Source: an uncultured Bacilli bacterium (GTDB lineage Bacteria > Bacillota_I > Bacilli_A > RF39 > UBA660). From it: a stretch of DNA of 64,000 bases. The translations under genes were made by a program, and so were the position numbers. Within the stretch, counting starts at the first letter, position 1, and every line of letters starts with the position of its first letter. Under the pieces are notes generated by a model. The model made no database searches, was not told the origin of the DNA, and worked only from the letters and a program-made list of their open reading frames with translations. Of the stretch, positions 29,255 to 39,515 are shown piece by piece. Location: contig CANQAK010000002.1 in assembly GCA_947589495.1 (NCBI GenBank), positions 5,121 to 69,120 of the forward strand, in the 5' to 3' direction.

Positions 29255-29544
29255 TATTTAAATAATTTGGAAATAAAACTTTCTTCTTTATTTTTTTTCA
29301 TATTTTCTATATAAGCAAAACTATTTAATTTACCTTTAATTTTTACATTACCATCATGAGTATCTAATTTAACTATTTCTAAACCTTCTCCTTTTAATAA
29401 TATTATACCCATATTTGATTCCATTAAAAATTCTTCATCATCAAAACTACTAATTTTATTTATACCTGTAAGACTAATAGTACTTCTATCTGTTATTTTT
29501 ACTTCATGATTTCCATAATTTGTTATATCCATTATACTTTCCAT
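29254..29544 (-). CDS. yabP: Sporulation protein YabP
   Basis: HEVKITDRSTISLTGINKISSFDDEEFLMESNMGIILLKGEGLEIVKLD. Confidence 0.8.
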   Translation of the reverse strand: MESIMDITNYGNHEVKITDRSTISLTGINKISSFDDEEFLMESNMGIILLKGEGLEIVKLDTHDGNVKIKGKLNSFAYIENMKKNKEESFISKLFK

Positions 29545-29572
29545 AAGTCCTCCCCTAAAATATATGCTAAAA

Positions 29573-29610
29573 AAAAGAATATCTTTACTAATTTAGATAT
29601 TCTTCTTAAA
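29573..29610 (-). terminator. Terminator after spoVG
   Basis: Stem AAGAATATCT/AGATATTCTT followed by a T-run on the minus strand. Confidence 0.7.
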
Positions 29611-29624
29611 ATTTCAAATATTAT

Positions 29625-29900
29625 TTATTCTTCACTAACTTTATTATATTCTTCTAATATTTTACTTTCAAACATATTACGCGTTTCCTCATTAGTTGGA
29701 TGAACTATATCTTCAGATCTAATTACTCCATCTTTAACTATCTTTTTGTGAGGCATTGCACAAAATGTTCTTTCCTTTCCTTCAATAATTCTTATACCTG
29801 AGATAAGAAAACAGTCATCAATCTTTACTGTCGCATAACCTTTAAGTTTTGGATTTTCTTCTTTGTTTACTTTATGAACACGTACATCTGTAATTTCCAT
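29625..29900 (-). CDS. spoVG: Septation/sporulation regulator SpoVG
   Basis: MEITDVRVHKVNKEE..KLKGYATVKIDDCFLISGIRIIEG. I place the start at ATG 29900, after TAGGAGTGG. Confidence 0.9.
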   Translation of the reverse strand: MEITDVRVHKVNKEENPKLKGYATVKIDDCFLISGIRIIEGKERTFCAMPHKKIVKDGVIRSEDIVHPTNEETRNMFESKILEEYNKVSEE

Positions 29901-29973
29901 AATACCACTCCTATCTTGATTTTCCAAACTTTAATATTAGTTTAAAACAAACTGGAAATTTTTTCAACCCATT

Positions 29974-30186
29974 TTAAACAAATTTAATTTTTATATCACC
30001 AGTTATGTAGTCATTATAAGAAAAACTTTTTTCTATTCCATCAGTAATTATCGTAAAAATATTAGGATATACTTTATAAAGAACTCCTTCATATCTTGTT
30101 CTTTTATTTCTGAGTCCATATACCGTTATAACAACTTTTTTATTAAGACTTTTTGCAATCTTTTCTTTTACCATATTAATATTCAT
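29974..30186 (-). CDS. veg: Veg family protein (DUF1021)
   Basis: 70 aa with IKEKIAKSLNKKV...RYEGVLYKVYPNIFTI...FSYNDYITGDIKI. It neighbours yabG. Confidence 0.75.
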   Translation of the reverse strand: MNINMVKEKIAKSLNKKVVITVYGLRNKRTRYEGVLYKVYPNIFTIITDGIEKSFSYNDYITGDIKIKFV

Positions 30187-30971
30187 TATCTTGGATACCC
30201 CACATACATAAGACCATTACCAATAATTCCTCCCATACCATCTTTACCATATTTTGTTTGGGCTAATGTTTCTTTTAAATTAACTTCTTTATTTCTTTCC
30301 GTTAAAGCAATAGTTACAGCAATAATTGCCGGATCAAGAGCGTGTATATTTACTCTTTTAGGGCTGGATGCATAATTTGCACCAGCCTTTATTAACTCTT
30401 CATAATTACTTTGACAAGCTCCTGCAATAATAACTAATTTTTCATGACTTTTTTCATAATTTCTAGCAGCTTTAACTGCTTTTATAAAATTCCTTGTATT
30501 TTTATAATTATCTAAGTCGTTTGGATTACCTTTCTTTTTATAGTAAGCATCATGCCCAGTAATAATTAAAATATCCGGTTTATATTCTTTTAAAAGCATA
30601 CCAACTTGTTCATACATATCTTCTTCTTTTATTTTTTTACCAATGGCTTGTACTCCTGAATATTTATAATACTTTAAACATTTATCAAGATATTCACTAT
30701 CACCATCAATGTGAATTATTTTTGCAGGCAAGTAAAAATAATCTCCTTTTTCAATATTTTTACTTGCTCTATTTTCATTTTTAAAATCTTCTTCTCGTGG
30801 TTTTTCACATTTTACTAAATCATTTAAAGTACTATCAGCATATAACCTTACTTCAGCCCCTTTTAAATAATAAATACCATTTTGAATATTAATGACTTTA
30901 AATATTGTATCATGGTTATAACTTTTTCTTGTTACATAATCCCCCGTATTAATTTCCAAAAATATCACCAT
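30186..30971 (-). CDS. yabG: Sporulation-specific protease YabG
   Basis: GDYVTRKSYNHDTIFKVINI...LIITGHDAY...IAGACQS, with conserved ksgA-yabG-veg synteny. Confidence 0.8.
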   Translation of the reverse strand: MVIFLEINTGDYVTRKSYNHDTIFKVINIQNGIYYLKGAEVRLYADSTLNDLVKCEKPREEDFKNENRASKNIEKGDYFYLPAKIIHIDGDSEYLDKCLKYYKYSGVQAIGKKIKEEDMYEQVGMLLKEYKPDILIITGHDAYYKKKGNPNDLDNYKNTRNFIKAVKAARNYEKSHEKLVIIAGACQSNYEELIKAGANYASSPKRVNIHALDPAIIAVTIALTERNKEVNLKETLAQTKYGKDGMGGIIGNGLMYVGYPR

Positions 30972-31010
30972 TAAATTTTATGCTCATTTTTATAAAAAAA
31001 GAAGAAAATA

Positions 31011-32588
31011 TTAGTATTCCCTAACTCTACTAATATTTTCTTCAAAGTAGTTATTCCATGTTTCATCAGTATAATTTACATGTAAGTTATAATCAATAAT
31101 TTTATAATCTACTATACCATTTTTAACTAAATTTTCTAAACTATCTCCACATTTTATTAATGATTCATCTATATAAAAATTATTATTTAAAGAGTAATAT
31201 ACTACATTTTCATATTCATCAAATTCTACATAACATGCATTTATTCTACCTTCTAAATCTTCATAAACAAAAATTTGTCTATCTTGATTAAAAAATTTTA
31301 AATTATCTTTATATTTAGCTACGCCATCATAATAATTACTTAACTCATTAAATCCATGGTTTACCATTATATTAGATACTTCTTTTATTACTTTATCTTT
31401 TAAACTAAGTTCTCTAATAGCCATACTACTATAATTAATATTATTTTCATTCATCATTCTTTCTATAAAACTATTATCTAATTTATCTAAAACAAATGAA
31501 TAAATATAATCTTCATCATAACCTTTATTAATAAGATTATTTACTAAAGTAGAATAAATTTCTAAATATATTTCTTCATGCATTTTACTATCAGCAATAT
31601 ATTCTAAATCAAAATTATAGTAATTATCCATTTTTAAAAATAATTCTGTTGGTTTACTTATACCAAATTCTTTTAATTTTTCTAATACATAGATAATTCC
31701 ATTATCATTCATCGTTTGAACATCTATATCTAAAATATCACTAAATAAATCTACAACATCACTAAGTTCAGTATAAAAATTTAAACCTGGATATTTAGAT
31801 GTATTTTTATAAGTAATTAAATCATTTAATCCTTCCGTATAACCTACCCCTAAATAATTTATAGATAATCCATTTTCATTTAATACAGGTATTGGTAATT
31901 CATTTATTTTAAAATTAACAGATGTATGTAAAATAGTTTCATTTTTACTAATATAATTATTTAACATATGAGATAATTCATGAATAAAAGTGTATTTATC
32001 TTCATCTGTATAAAATGGTTTATTAGGAATATGAATAGTTTTAGAATTAGCTTCAAAATAAGCAACAGTAGCTACTCTAGTAGCGTTAGTTATTTCTTCT
32101 TCATCATCCACACATATTTCTAAATCTTTTAAATTTAAATAAAAACTTATTAAATTAGTTTGGGGATTATTTTCCTTTAAACTTAATATATATTCTTTAA
32201 TCCAACCTTTAAATTCTTGAGGAATTTTAGTATTATTTTCTAAGGCAATAAATAAATCATCAATACTTGGAGATAAATTATTTAATTCTTGAAGTTCTTG
32301 GTTATTAAATAGATAATTAATATCATATCTATTTCCCACAGACAATCTATTTAAATAAATTGTCCCATCACTTAAAAATTTATAACTAGAGTGTGTACTA
32401 TCTAAAATAGCTAATAAACTTGGATCATAGTCTACTTCATCTTTAGTAAAATCCATAGATATTACATCCTCGACTGATAAATTAATCATATTTTTCTTTC
32501 TTAAATTAACAGTTAAAAGAGTTGATATAATTATTAAAAATGATATTGATCTGAATATTCTTCCTTTATTATCACTATATATTGCCAT
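31011..32588 (-). CDS. Hypothetical membrane-anchored protein with an HExxH motif (possible zinc metallopeptidase)
   Basis: 525 aa with an N-terminal TM and FIHELSHMLNN. I recognise no family. Confidence 0.5.
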   Translation of the reverse strand: MAIYSDNKGRIFRSISFLIIISTLLTVNLRKKNMINLSVEDVISMDFTKDEVDYDPSLLAILDSTHSSYKFLSDGTIYLNRLSVGNRYDINYLFNNQELQELNNLSPSIDDLFIALENNTKIPQEFKGWIKEYILSLKENNPQTNLISFYLNLKDLEICVDDEEEITNATRVATVAYFEANSKTIHIPNKPFYTDEDKYTFIHELSHMLNNYISKNETILHTSVNFKINELPIPVLNENGLSINYLGVGYTEGLNDLITYKNTSKYPGLNFYTELSDVVDLFSDILDIDVQTMNDNGIIYVLEKLKEFGISKPTELFLKMDNYYNFDLEYIADSKMHEEIYLEIYSTLVNNLINKGYDEDYIYSFVLDKLDNSFIERMMNENNINYSSMAIRELSLKDKVIKEVSNIMVNHGFNELSNYYDGVAKYKDNLKFFNQDRQIFVYEDLEGRINACYVEFDEYENVVYYSLNNNFYIDESLIKCGDSLENLVKNGIVDYKIIDYNLHVNYTDETWNNYFEENISRVREY

Positions 32589-32645
32589 AAATTCCTCGTT
32601 TTCTAAAAGGATATTATAACAACTTAAAAGTATTTATGCAAACCT

Positions 32646-33425
32646 TTAAAGATTATTTGCAATATCTATAAATACTTCTTCACTTAAATCTTCTGCTCTT
32701 ACAAGTTCATTTAAATTATATTTCTTTAATATAGATTCTATTTTTGTAAAATCATAATTATTTAAATTATTTTTTAAAGTTTTTCTTTTCATTTTAAAAC
32801 TATCTTCAATTAATTTAAAATAAATATCTTTATTTACTTTTGGTAATTCTAAACGTTTTGAAAATTTAATAACGGCACTTTCTACTTTTGGAACTGGTTC
32901 AAAACATTTTTTACTAACATTAAAAAGAAGCTCTATATCAAAATAATAATTTAAATATAAAGTTATACTACTATAATTTTTAGAATGTGGTAAAGATGTA
33001 AATCTTTCAGCAACTTCTTTTTGAACCATAAAATACATTTCATCTATATCTAAATTTAAATTAATTAAATATTTAATTATTGGTGTTGTTATGTAGTATG
33101 GTAAATTACCTACTACATATAAATGTTTTCTTTGATAATTTTTAATATCTTTTGTTATATCACTTTTTAAAATATCATTATAAATTATTTTTGTTTTATC
33201 ATCTTCTAATTTATTTAAATAGGGTTTTAAATCTGTATCAATTTCATAACATAATAATTGACAACCCTTTTCTTTTAATTTTTTAGTTAAAGCCCCTTTA
33301 CCAGGGCCTATCTCTATAATTAAATCATCTTTACAAACATTTATATTTTCACTAATTTTTGTAATTATTTCATTATCTATTAAAAAATTTTGTCCTAAAC
33401 TTTTTTTTGCCTTCATAAAAAACAA
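32646..33425 (-). CDS. rsmA: 16S rRNA (adenine1518/1519-N6)-dimethyltransferase
   Basis: KKSLGQNFLID..., EIGPGKGALT, VGNLPYYITTPI. Confidence 0.93.
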   Translation of the reverse strand: MFFMKAKKSLGQNFLIDNEIITKISENINVCKDDLIIEIGPGKGALTKKLKEKGCQLLCYEIDTDLKPYLNKLEDDKTKIIYNDILKSDITKDIKNYQRKHLYVVGNLPYYITTPIIKYLINLNLDIDEMYFMVQKEVAERFTSLPHSKNYSSITLYLNYYFDIELLFNVSKKCFEPVPKVESAVIKFSKRLELPKVNKDIYFKLIEDSFKMKRKTLKNNLNNYDFTKIESILKKYNLNELVRAEDLSEEVFIDIANNL

Positions 33426-33432
33426 AGGAGAA

Positions 33433-33963
33433 TTATTCTCCCCATCCTTCCCTTAATATATCATAAGTAATAACTGTTCTTCCTAAAGTAAATGCTTCAT
33501 CTAAATTACTACTTAATAAATCTAATGAATTACCAGTAACCCCTCTATCTAAAACTATAGCTATAATTGGATTATCTTGCATTTTATATGCATTAAATCT
33601 CACAATTGTTCCACAAGATAAGTTAGTTGATGATGCTACAATTTTAACAGTTCCATAAGTTCTATCTTCATAAGTAGTTCTACCATCTTTTATATTATAA
33701 TCTTTTAAACAACCAAGTGTACCATTACAAAGAGGGCAATTGTAAACATAACCAGTTAAATCTCCTGTATAGGTATCTCTAGCACTATATATATCATTTT
33801 CTCTAAATTCATCAGCTTTTAAAGCCATTGTTGATAAATTAACATTTTTATTAATATTATCACTATAAGATTTTGTTTCAATAATATGAATATAACTTGT
33901 TGAAGCCACAACAAAAAGAATAATTATAAAAATACGTATTGTTTTACTTAATACTTTTATCAT
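33433..33963 (-). CDS. 3D-domain protein (YabE-like cell-wall-binding/lytic domain)
   Basis: Signal anchor, then ...GTVKIVASS...CGTIVRF...AIVLDRGVTGNSLDLL. It lies between tatD and ksgA, as yabE does. Confidence 0.6.
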   Translation of the reverse strand: MIKVLSKTIRIFIIILFVVASTSYIHIIETKSYSDNINKNVNLSTMALKADEFRENDIYSARDTYTGDLTGYVYNCPLCNGTLGCLKDYNIKDGRTTYEDRTYGTVKIVASSTNLSCGTIVRFNAYKMQDNPIIAIVLDRGVTGNSLDLLSSNLDEAFTLGRTVITYDILREGWGE

Positions 33964-34003
33964 TATTCACCTTCTTATACAATTAAATTATACATAAGAA
34001 GTT

Positions 34004-34780
34004 CTATTTTGTCAAAAATAGTTCATCAATATTATTATTTGTTATTCTAGCTAATTCATCTAAACTAACATTTTTTAAATGAGAGACAAACTCGGCGATT
34101 TGAATGATATGACTTGGAGAATTTTTTTTACCTCTAAAGGGTTCTGGTGTTAAATAAGGACTATCTGTTTCTAAAACTATTTTTTCTAAAGGTAACTTTT
34201 GAATAACATTTTTAATATTAGCATTTTTAAAAGTTATAACTCCATTTACTCCGATTAAATAACCCATTTTTATATATTCTAAAGCTGTTTCTAAAGAACC
34301 TGAAAATGAATGAATTACTCCTTTAACATGATATTTTTTTAGAGTATTAATAGTATCTAATGTTGCATCTCTACTATGAATGATTACTGGTATATTATAC
34401 TTTTGAGCAAGATTTAATTGTAATTCAAATAACTTAATTTGTTCTTCTTTATTTTCTTTAGTATAGTAATAATCAAGTCCTATTTCTCCAATAGCAATAA
34501 TTTTTTCATTAGTAATATTTTGTTCAATAAATTTTAAATCTTCTTCTTTATAATTAAGAACATCTTCTGGATGTATTCCAATTGCACCATACATTTCATC
34601 ATAAATATTACATAAATTTAATACTTCTTTAGAACTTTCTAAATTACATCCATTATTAATAAATCTACTTACATTATTTTCTTTAGCTAATTTAATTATT
34701 TCATCTATATTTTCATAATATTCTTTATAAATATGACAATGACTATCAGTAAAACTATTCATTATTTTTATCTTCTTCAA
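34004..34780 (-). CDS. tatD: TatD-family metal-dependent hydrolase
   Basis: FTDSHCHI, GEIGLDYY, IHSR, ETDSPYL. Confidence 0.9.
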   Translation of the reverse strand: MKKIKIMNSFTDSHCHIYKEYYENIDEIIKLAKENNVSRFINNGCNLESSKEVLNLCNIYDEMYGAIGIHPEDVLNYKEEDLKFIEQNITNEKIIAIGEIGLDYYYTKENKEEQIKLFELQLNLAQKYNIPVIIHSRDATLDTINTLKKYHVKGVIHSFSGSLETALEYIKMGYLIGVNGVITFKNANIKNVIQKLPLEKIVLETDSPYLTPEPFRGKKNSPSHIIQIAEFVSHLKNVSLDELARITNNNIDELFLTK

Positions 34781-36311
34781 TTTCTTTTAATTTTTGAGCA
34801 CAATCTATTCTTTGAAATAATATAGATGGATTATTAAGTTGATAAATATTATGATCATTAAAATTAAATGAATTATCTTTAGTATTTAGTTGATTTAAAA
34901 TATTATCACTAGTTTCTGGTAAAAATGGTTTAATAAAAACTGCACATACTCTTATAGCTTCCAGTAAATTATATATAACTGTTTCAAGTCTATTTTTACT
35001 GTTATCATCTTTAGCTAGTACCCAAGGAGTTGTATCATCAATATATTTATTACTACTTCTAAGTACTTCAAATATTTGATCTATGGCATTACCAATTTCT
35101 AATTTATCCATTTTTAATTCAATATTTTTATCTAAATTATTTATTAAATTAATTAAATTATCATCAACTTCTCTATTTTCTTTTTTATTAGTAATTTTAC
35201 CATCAAAATATTTAATACCCATTGTAATTGTTCGATTAACTAGATTTCCTAAAATATTAACTAAATCACTATTAATTCTTTCAATTAAAAGTTCATAAGA
35301 AATAACTCCATCTGCACTGAAAGGTATTTCATGTAATAAATAATATCTTACTGCATCAACTCCAAAATGTTTAACTAAATGATCGGCATAAATAACATTT
35401 CCTTTACTCTTACTCATTTTTCCATCATTCATTAAAAGCCAAGGATGTCCAAATACTTGTTTTGGAAGAGGTATATCTAAACTCATTAAAAAGCATGGCC
35501 AATATATCGTATGAAATCTTATAATATCTTTACCAATTAAATGTAGGTCTGCTGGCCACCATTTATTAAATTCTTCACTTTCCCCATCAGGGTCGTATCC
35601 TATATTTGTTATATAATTTGTTAAGGCATCAAGCCATACATAAACTACATGTTTATTATTAAAAGTTACTGGAATTCCCCATTTAAAAGAAGTTCTTGAA
35701 ACACATAAATCTTGCAACCCTGGTTTTAAAAAATTATTAATCATTTCATTTTTTCTAGCTTCCGGCTCTATAAATTCTGGATGATTTTCTATATACTCAA
35801 TTAATTTATCTTGATATTTTGATAATTTAAAAAAGTAGGCTTCTTCACATTTTTCAGAAACTTCTCTTCCACAATCTGGACATTTACCATCAATTAATTC
35901 TTTTTCTGTCCAAAATGATTCACAAGGAGTACAATAAAGACCTTTATACTCTCCTAAATATATATCACCTTTATCATACATTTTTTTGAATATTTTTTGA
36001 ACTATTTCTTCATGATGTTTATCAGTTGTTCTTACAAATTTATCATAACTAGTATTCATTATATCCCATATTTTTTTAATTTCTTCAGATACATTATCAA
36101 CAAATTCTTGAGGACTTAAACCAGATTCTTTGGCCTTTATTTCAATTTTTTCCCCATGTTCATCAGTACCTGTTTGAAAAAGTACATCAAAACCTTTTAA
36201 TCTTTTATATCTTGCTATCGCATCCGCTAAAACAATCTCATATGTATTTCCAATATGAGGTTTACCAGATGTATAAGCAATGGCAGTTGTTATAAAATAT
36301 TTGTTATTCAT
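34755..36311 (-). CDS. metG: Methionyl-tRNA synthetase (short form)
   Basis: YTSGKPHIGN (HIGH), KMSKSKGN (KMSKS) and a zinc knuckle CPDCG. Confidence 0.95.
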   Translation of the reverse strand: MNNKYFITTAIAYTSGKPHIGNTYEIVLADAIARYKRLKGFDVLFQTGTDEHGEKIEIKAKESGLSPQEFVDNVSEEIKKIWDIMNTSYDKFVRTTDKHHEEIVQKIFKKMYDKGDIYLGEYKGLYCTPCESFWTEKELIDGKCPDCGREVSEKCEEAYFFKLSKYQDKLIEYIENHPEFIEPEARKNEMINNFLKPGLQDLCVSRTSFKWGIPVTFNNKHVVYVWLDALTNYITNIGYDPDGESEEFNKWWPADLHLIGKDIIRFHTIYWPCFLMSLDIPLPKQVFGHPWLLMNDGKMSKSKGNVIYADHLVKHFGVDAVRYYLLHEIPFSADGVISYELLIERINSDLVNILGNLVNRTITMGIKYFDGKITNKKENREVDDNLINLINNLDKNIELKMDKLEIGNAIDQIFEVLRSSNKYIDDTTPWVLAKDDNSKNRLETVIYNLLEAIRVCAVFIKPFLPETSDNILNQLNTKDNSFNFNDHNIYQLNNPSILFQRIDCAQKLKEIEEDKNNE

Positions 36312-36798
36312 TATTTATTCCTTCTTTCTTATTGGTACTTCCAAATCCACCCACTCTTTTTTCTTTAACTGTATCACCACAAGTTAAAAACTTAACAAAA
36401 ATTCCTTGGGCATAAGCTTCTCCTTTTTGAACTTTAAAAGTTTTATCTCCCTCATTTTGTAAAGAAACAAAGATATGTCCTTCGTTATCAATATTGTTAT
36501 AATAATCACTTTCAATTATCCCTACTTGATTAGTCATTCTTATATTATATTTAAAACCCATGCTACTTCTTATGACAATCATAAGCATTTCATCTTTTAA
36601 AAAATTAGCTTTATACCCGGTTGGAATTTTTTTAATTTCTCCAGGAGATAACTCAAAATCTTCTATAGCTATAAAATCATATCCGGCACTATATTTTGTT
36701 TTTCTTTTTGGTAATTCATATGAATTATATAACTCCTTATCATCTTTAATATCTTTTTTAAATTGTTCGAAGCTTATCTTTTTAAAATACCTCACCAT
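36304..36798 (-). CDS. dut: dUTP diphosphatase (trimeric dUTPase family)
   Basis: SAGYDF, GIIESDYYNN and the C-terminal RVGGFGST. Confidence 0.8.
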   Translation of the reverse strand: MVRYFKKISFEQFKKDIKDDKELYNSYELPKRKTKYSAGYDFIAIEDFELSPGEIKKIPTGYKANFLKDEMLMIVIRSSMGFKYNIRMTNQVGIIESDYYNNIDNEGHIFVSLQNEGDKTFKVQKGEAYAQGIFVKFLTCGDTVKEKRVGGFGSTNKKEGINNE

Positions 36799-36844
36799 AA
36801 TTATACTCCTTTTAATTTTTTTTAAAATAAAAATTCATAAATAA

Positions 36845-37034
36845 GATGAAAGGACGAATTAATATCCGCGGTACCACCTTTATTTATGAATTAATCATAC
36901 ACTCTTTAGTTTTAACGCACTTCTGCAAATTAACTCCCTTATCCATACGAGATTATTTCATCCATTAATTTTCACCAACCATTAACTCTCTTAAGTAAAT
37001 CCATAATCTTCTTTAATAATTTCTTCGTTAACTA
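36845..37034 (-). promoter_or_regulatory. T-box leader (Met specifier) upstream of dut-metG
   Basis: The minus strand contains AGAGAG, a candidate specifier AUG-A in GGATGAAAT, and the invariant T-box sequence AAAGGTGGTACCGCG (36867-36878 on the plus strand as CGCGGTACCACC). Confidence 0.75.
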
Positions 37035-37040
37035 AATTAA

Positions 37041-37069
37041 ATTTTAGCATATGTTAAAACTTTAAGCAA
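37041..37069 (-). promoter_or_regulatory. Promoter of the T-box leader, overlapping the spoVT stop codon
   Basis: Minus strand has TTGCTT, a 17-nt spacer, then TAAAAT. Confidence 0.5.
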
Positions 37070-37571
37070 CATCTAATTTTTGTACTATTAATTTTTGAAC
37101 TATTTTAGCATATTTAACATTTTCTTCTTCTTTTTTGTTACTCATAATAATTATAAGACCACTACAATCTACTGATGTAATAATAGGTAACATTATAAAA
37201 TAACAATTAGTTTTAAAAATGATTTCTTCTTTAGGACTAGTATAAGATTCTCTATTATCAATTAATTTTTTTTGTTTTTCTTCCAATTTTGTATCTATTA
37301 AAGTTTTTAAATTACTACTTGCTGAAATAATTTTTTCACGATCAGTAATAAGTATTCCAACATTACATACATCATATATAATATCACATAATTTTTGACC
37401 TAAATCTTTAATATTTTCTACTTGAGAATATTTTTTAATAATAATTGCATTATCATTAGTATAAATTTCTAATGGTTCACCATCTCTAATACCTAAATTA
37501 TATCTTATTTCTTTGGGAACTACTATTCTTCCTAATTCATCTATTCTTCTTGTAATTCCACTTTTTGTCAA
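37062..37571 (-). CDS. spoVT: Stage V sporulation transcription factor SpoVT (AbrB N-domain plus GAF-like C-domain)
   Basis: TGITRRIDELGRIVVPKEIRYNLGIRDGEPLEIY. It is 169 aa and lies near mfd. Confidence 0.85.
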   Translation of the reverse strand: MTKSGITRRIDELGRIVVPKEIRYNLGIRDGEPLEIYTNDNAIIIKKYSQVENIKDLGQKLCDIIYDVCNVGILITDREKIISASSNLKTLIDTKLEEKQKKLIDNRESYTSPKEEIIFKTNCYFIMLPIITSVDCSGLIIIMSNKKEEENVKYAKIVQKLIVQKLDVA

Positions 37572-37636
37572 AACTACTCACTCCATTCTTTAATAGTGTG
37601 AATAATTTTATAAATATTATACTTCTAAATAATTAA

Positions 37637-39427
37637 TTAAGACATTTTTAAACCACTTTCAATATCTAAATTTATAATTTCCCCTTTATTATTAAAAATA
37701 ATTTGTTCTCCATTTATATATCTTTTAAATAAATCAATATACTTTGTTATTCTATAATATAATTCTTTTACAGTTAAATCCCCATCTAAAAGACAATCTG
37801 TTATAATAGAACTTACATGTGTTTGTTCATTACTTATTTTTGTTTCATTATCAATAATTTCATCTATATGCTCAATTGAAGGATTATTATATTCTTTTTG
37901 AACAGCATACAATTCCTCCATTGAATTAGTATTTTTAATTTTATTTAATATTTCTTTAAAATTAATATTAGTTATTTTATTTAAAATATCTCTTCCAGAA
38001 TAACTATTTATAGATAAATATAATCCTTCTTTTCTAACTTTAAGAAAACCAATCCATTCTTTATATGAATCATGTTCTTCTTTTGTTACTTCTTCTAAAT
38101 GTTTAATTAAAAACTCATATTCATTTGTACTATCTAAAGATATAATATGATTCATAGTTTTTATAAACATATCTTTCTCTTCTTTAGTTAATTCATTTAA
38201 CTTTTTATTAAATATATTTTTTAATTGTTCAATATTTTTTAATACTTCATAAAATTCTTTTTGATTATTATATTTTAATATTAATTGTTCTATAAAAGTT
38301 AAATTATTATTTTTACTCTTTTTTTCTAAACTTTTTCTTTGAATTTGAGCTGTTATAGTATTTGCAATTAAATCTGCAACTACATCTTTATTAGAACGAT
38401 TTATCGCATATTCATGATTAAATAATGTTGTTCCATCTGCTAAAGATATAATATCTATTCCAAACTTTTCTTTTAACATTTTATTTAAAATTTCTAATTT
38501 AGGAGAAAAACATTCTTTTTTATTGTTTTCTTTAAATGGTAAAGTATCTGGAGAATTTAAAATCATATCTCCAAAAAATGAATAATTTAACCCAATTGCA
38601 CTATATTCTAAAATATATATAATATCTTCTTTAACACGAGCATAATTATTATCACTTTCATTCATAAGAATATCTTCATTTATAACCATTTCTAGATAAT
38701 TTATAAGCATATCAATTCTTTGATCTCTTAACTCTTCATTTAACCATTTTGATGGATTATGTCTTGTATATTCCCAATTTTCTTCTTTAATTATATTTTT
38801 TACATTTTCTTTATCTTTTGAACTATTCCAAGAAGTACTTTTATTTGTTGGTTCTTTATATTTATATCCTAAAGCATCTGTAATAAATACATTAACATAT
38901 GGTGTTACTATTTTACCTTCATAACCCACCACTAATGCATATGGATTACAACTTTTTACTTTATCAATTTCTTCTTTTGGACATAGTATATAACCATCAT
39001 TTTTTATTGGTACACTTCCATAAGAAAATAAATCACATTCTGTACCTGCAACTATTTTATCTTTATTAGTATTAAGTGGCAAACATACCGCATACTTTTT
39101 ATCCCATGTACCGTATTCATGTCCCATAACACTGGCATTTAAACAAAAATGAATAGTATTTCTAAATCTTTTTACAGGATATTGAAACTGTTTTTCTTCT
39201 CCCTTAATAGTAAATGAACAAGTTACATAGTTTACTTCATTACTATCTTTTGGAGTTATTATATATTCTTTTGGAAGATAATTAGTTTGATGAACTAATA
39301 CTAAATCATTAATACTTTTTATTTCTTTGGTGGAATCTTCAACTACTTCATGTAAATCTTCTTCAGTTAAAATAAGTGTTTCTTCATTTTGGATGGCCTT
39401 TTGTAATCTTTCTTTTATATTTGTCAT
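37637..39427 (-). CDS. Hypothetical 596-aa protein inserted between mfd and spoVT
   Basis: Long uninterrupted ORF with no TM and no motif I recognise. Confidence 0.55.
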   Translation of the reverse strand: MTNIKERLQKAIQNEETLILTEEDLHEVVEDSTKEIKSINDLVLVHQTNYLPKEYIITPKDSNEVNYVTCSFTIKGEEKQFQYPVKRFRNTIHFCLNASVMGHEYGTWDKKYAVCLPLNTNKDKIVAGTECDLFSYGSVPIKNDGYILCPKEEIDKVKSCNPYALVVGYEGKIVTPYVNVFITDALGYKYKEPTNKSTSWNSSKDKENVKNIIKEENWEYTRHNPSKWLNEELRDQRIDMLINYLEMVINEDILMNESDNNYARVKEDIIYILEYSAIGLNYSFFGDMILNSPDTLPFKENNKKECFSPKLEILNKMLKEKFGIDIISLADGTTLFNHEYAINRSNKDVVADLIANTITAQIQRKSLEKKSKNNNLTFIEQLILKYNNQKEFYEVLKNIEQLKNIFNKKLNELTKEEKDMFIKTMNHIISLDSTNEYEFLIKHLEEVTKEEHDSYKEWIGFLKVRKEGLYLSINSYSGRDILNKITNINFKEILNKIKNTNSMEELYAVQKEYNNPSIEHIDEIIDNETKISNEQTHVSSIITDCLLDGDLTVKELYYRITKYIDLFKRYINGEQIIFNNKGEIINLDIESGLKMS

Positions 39428-39515
39428 AATAAAAACTCTACCTTACTAGTAAAAAATAACATAGTAAAATAGAGATTTAAAGTATTTTTATGAAAAATAA
39501 GTAAAATATTGTCAA

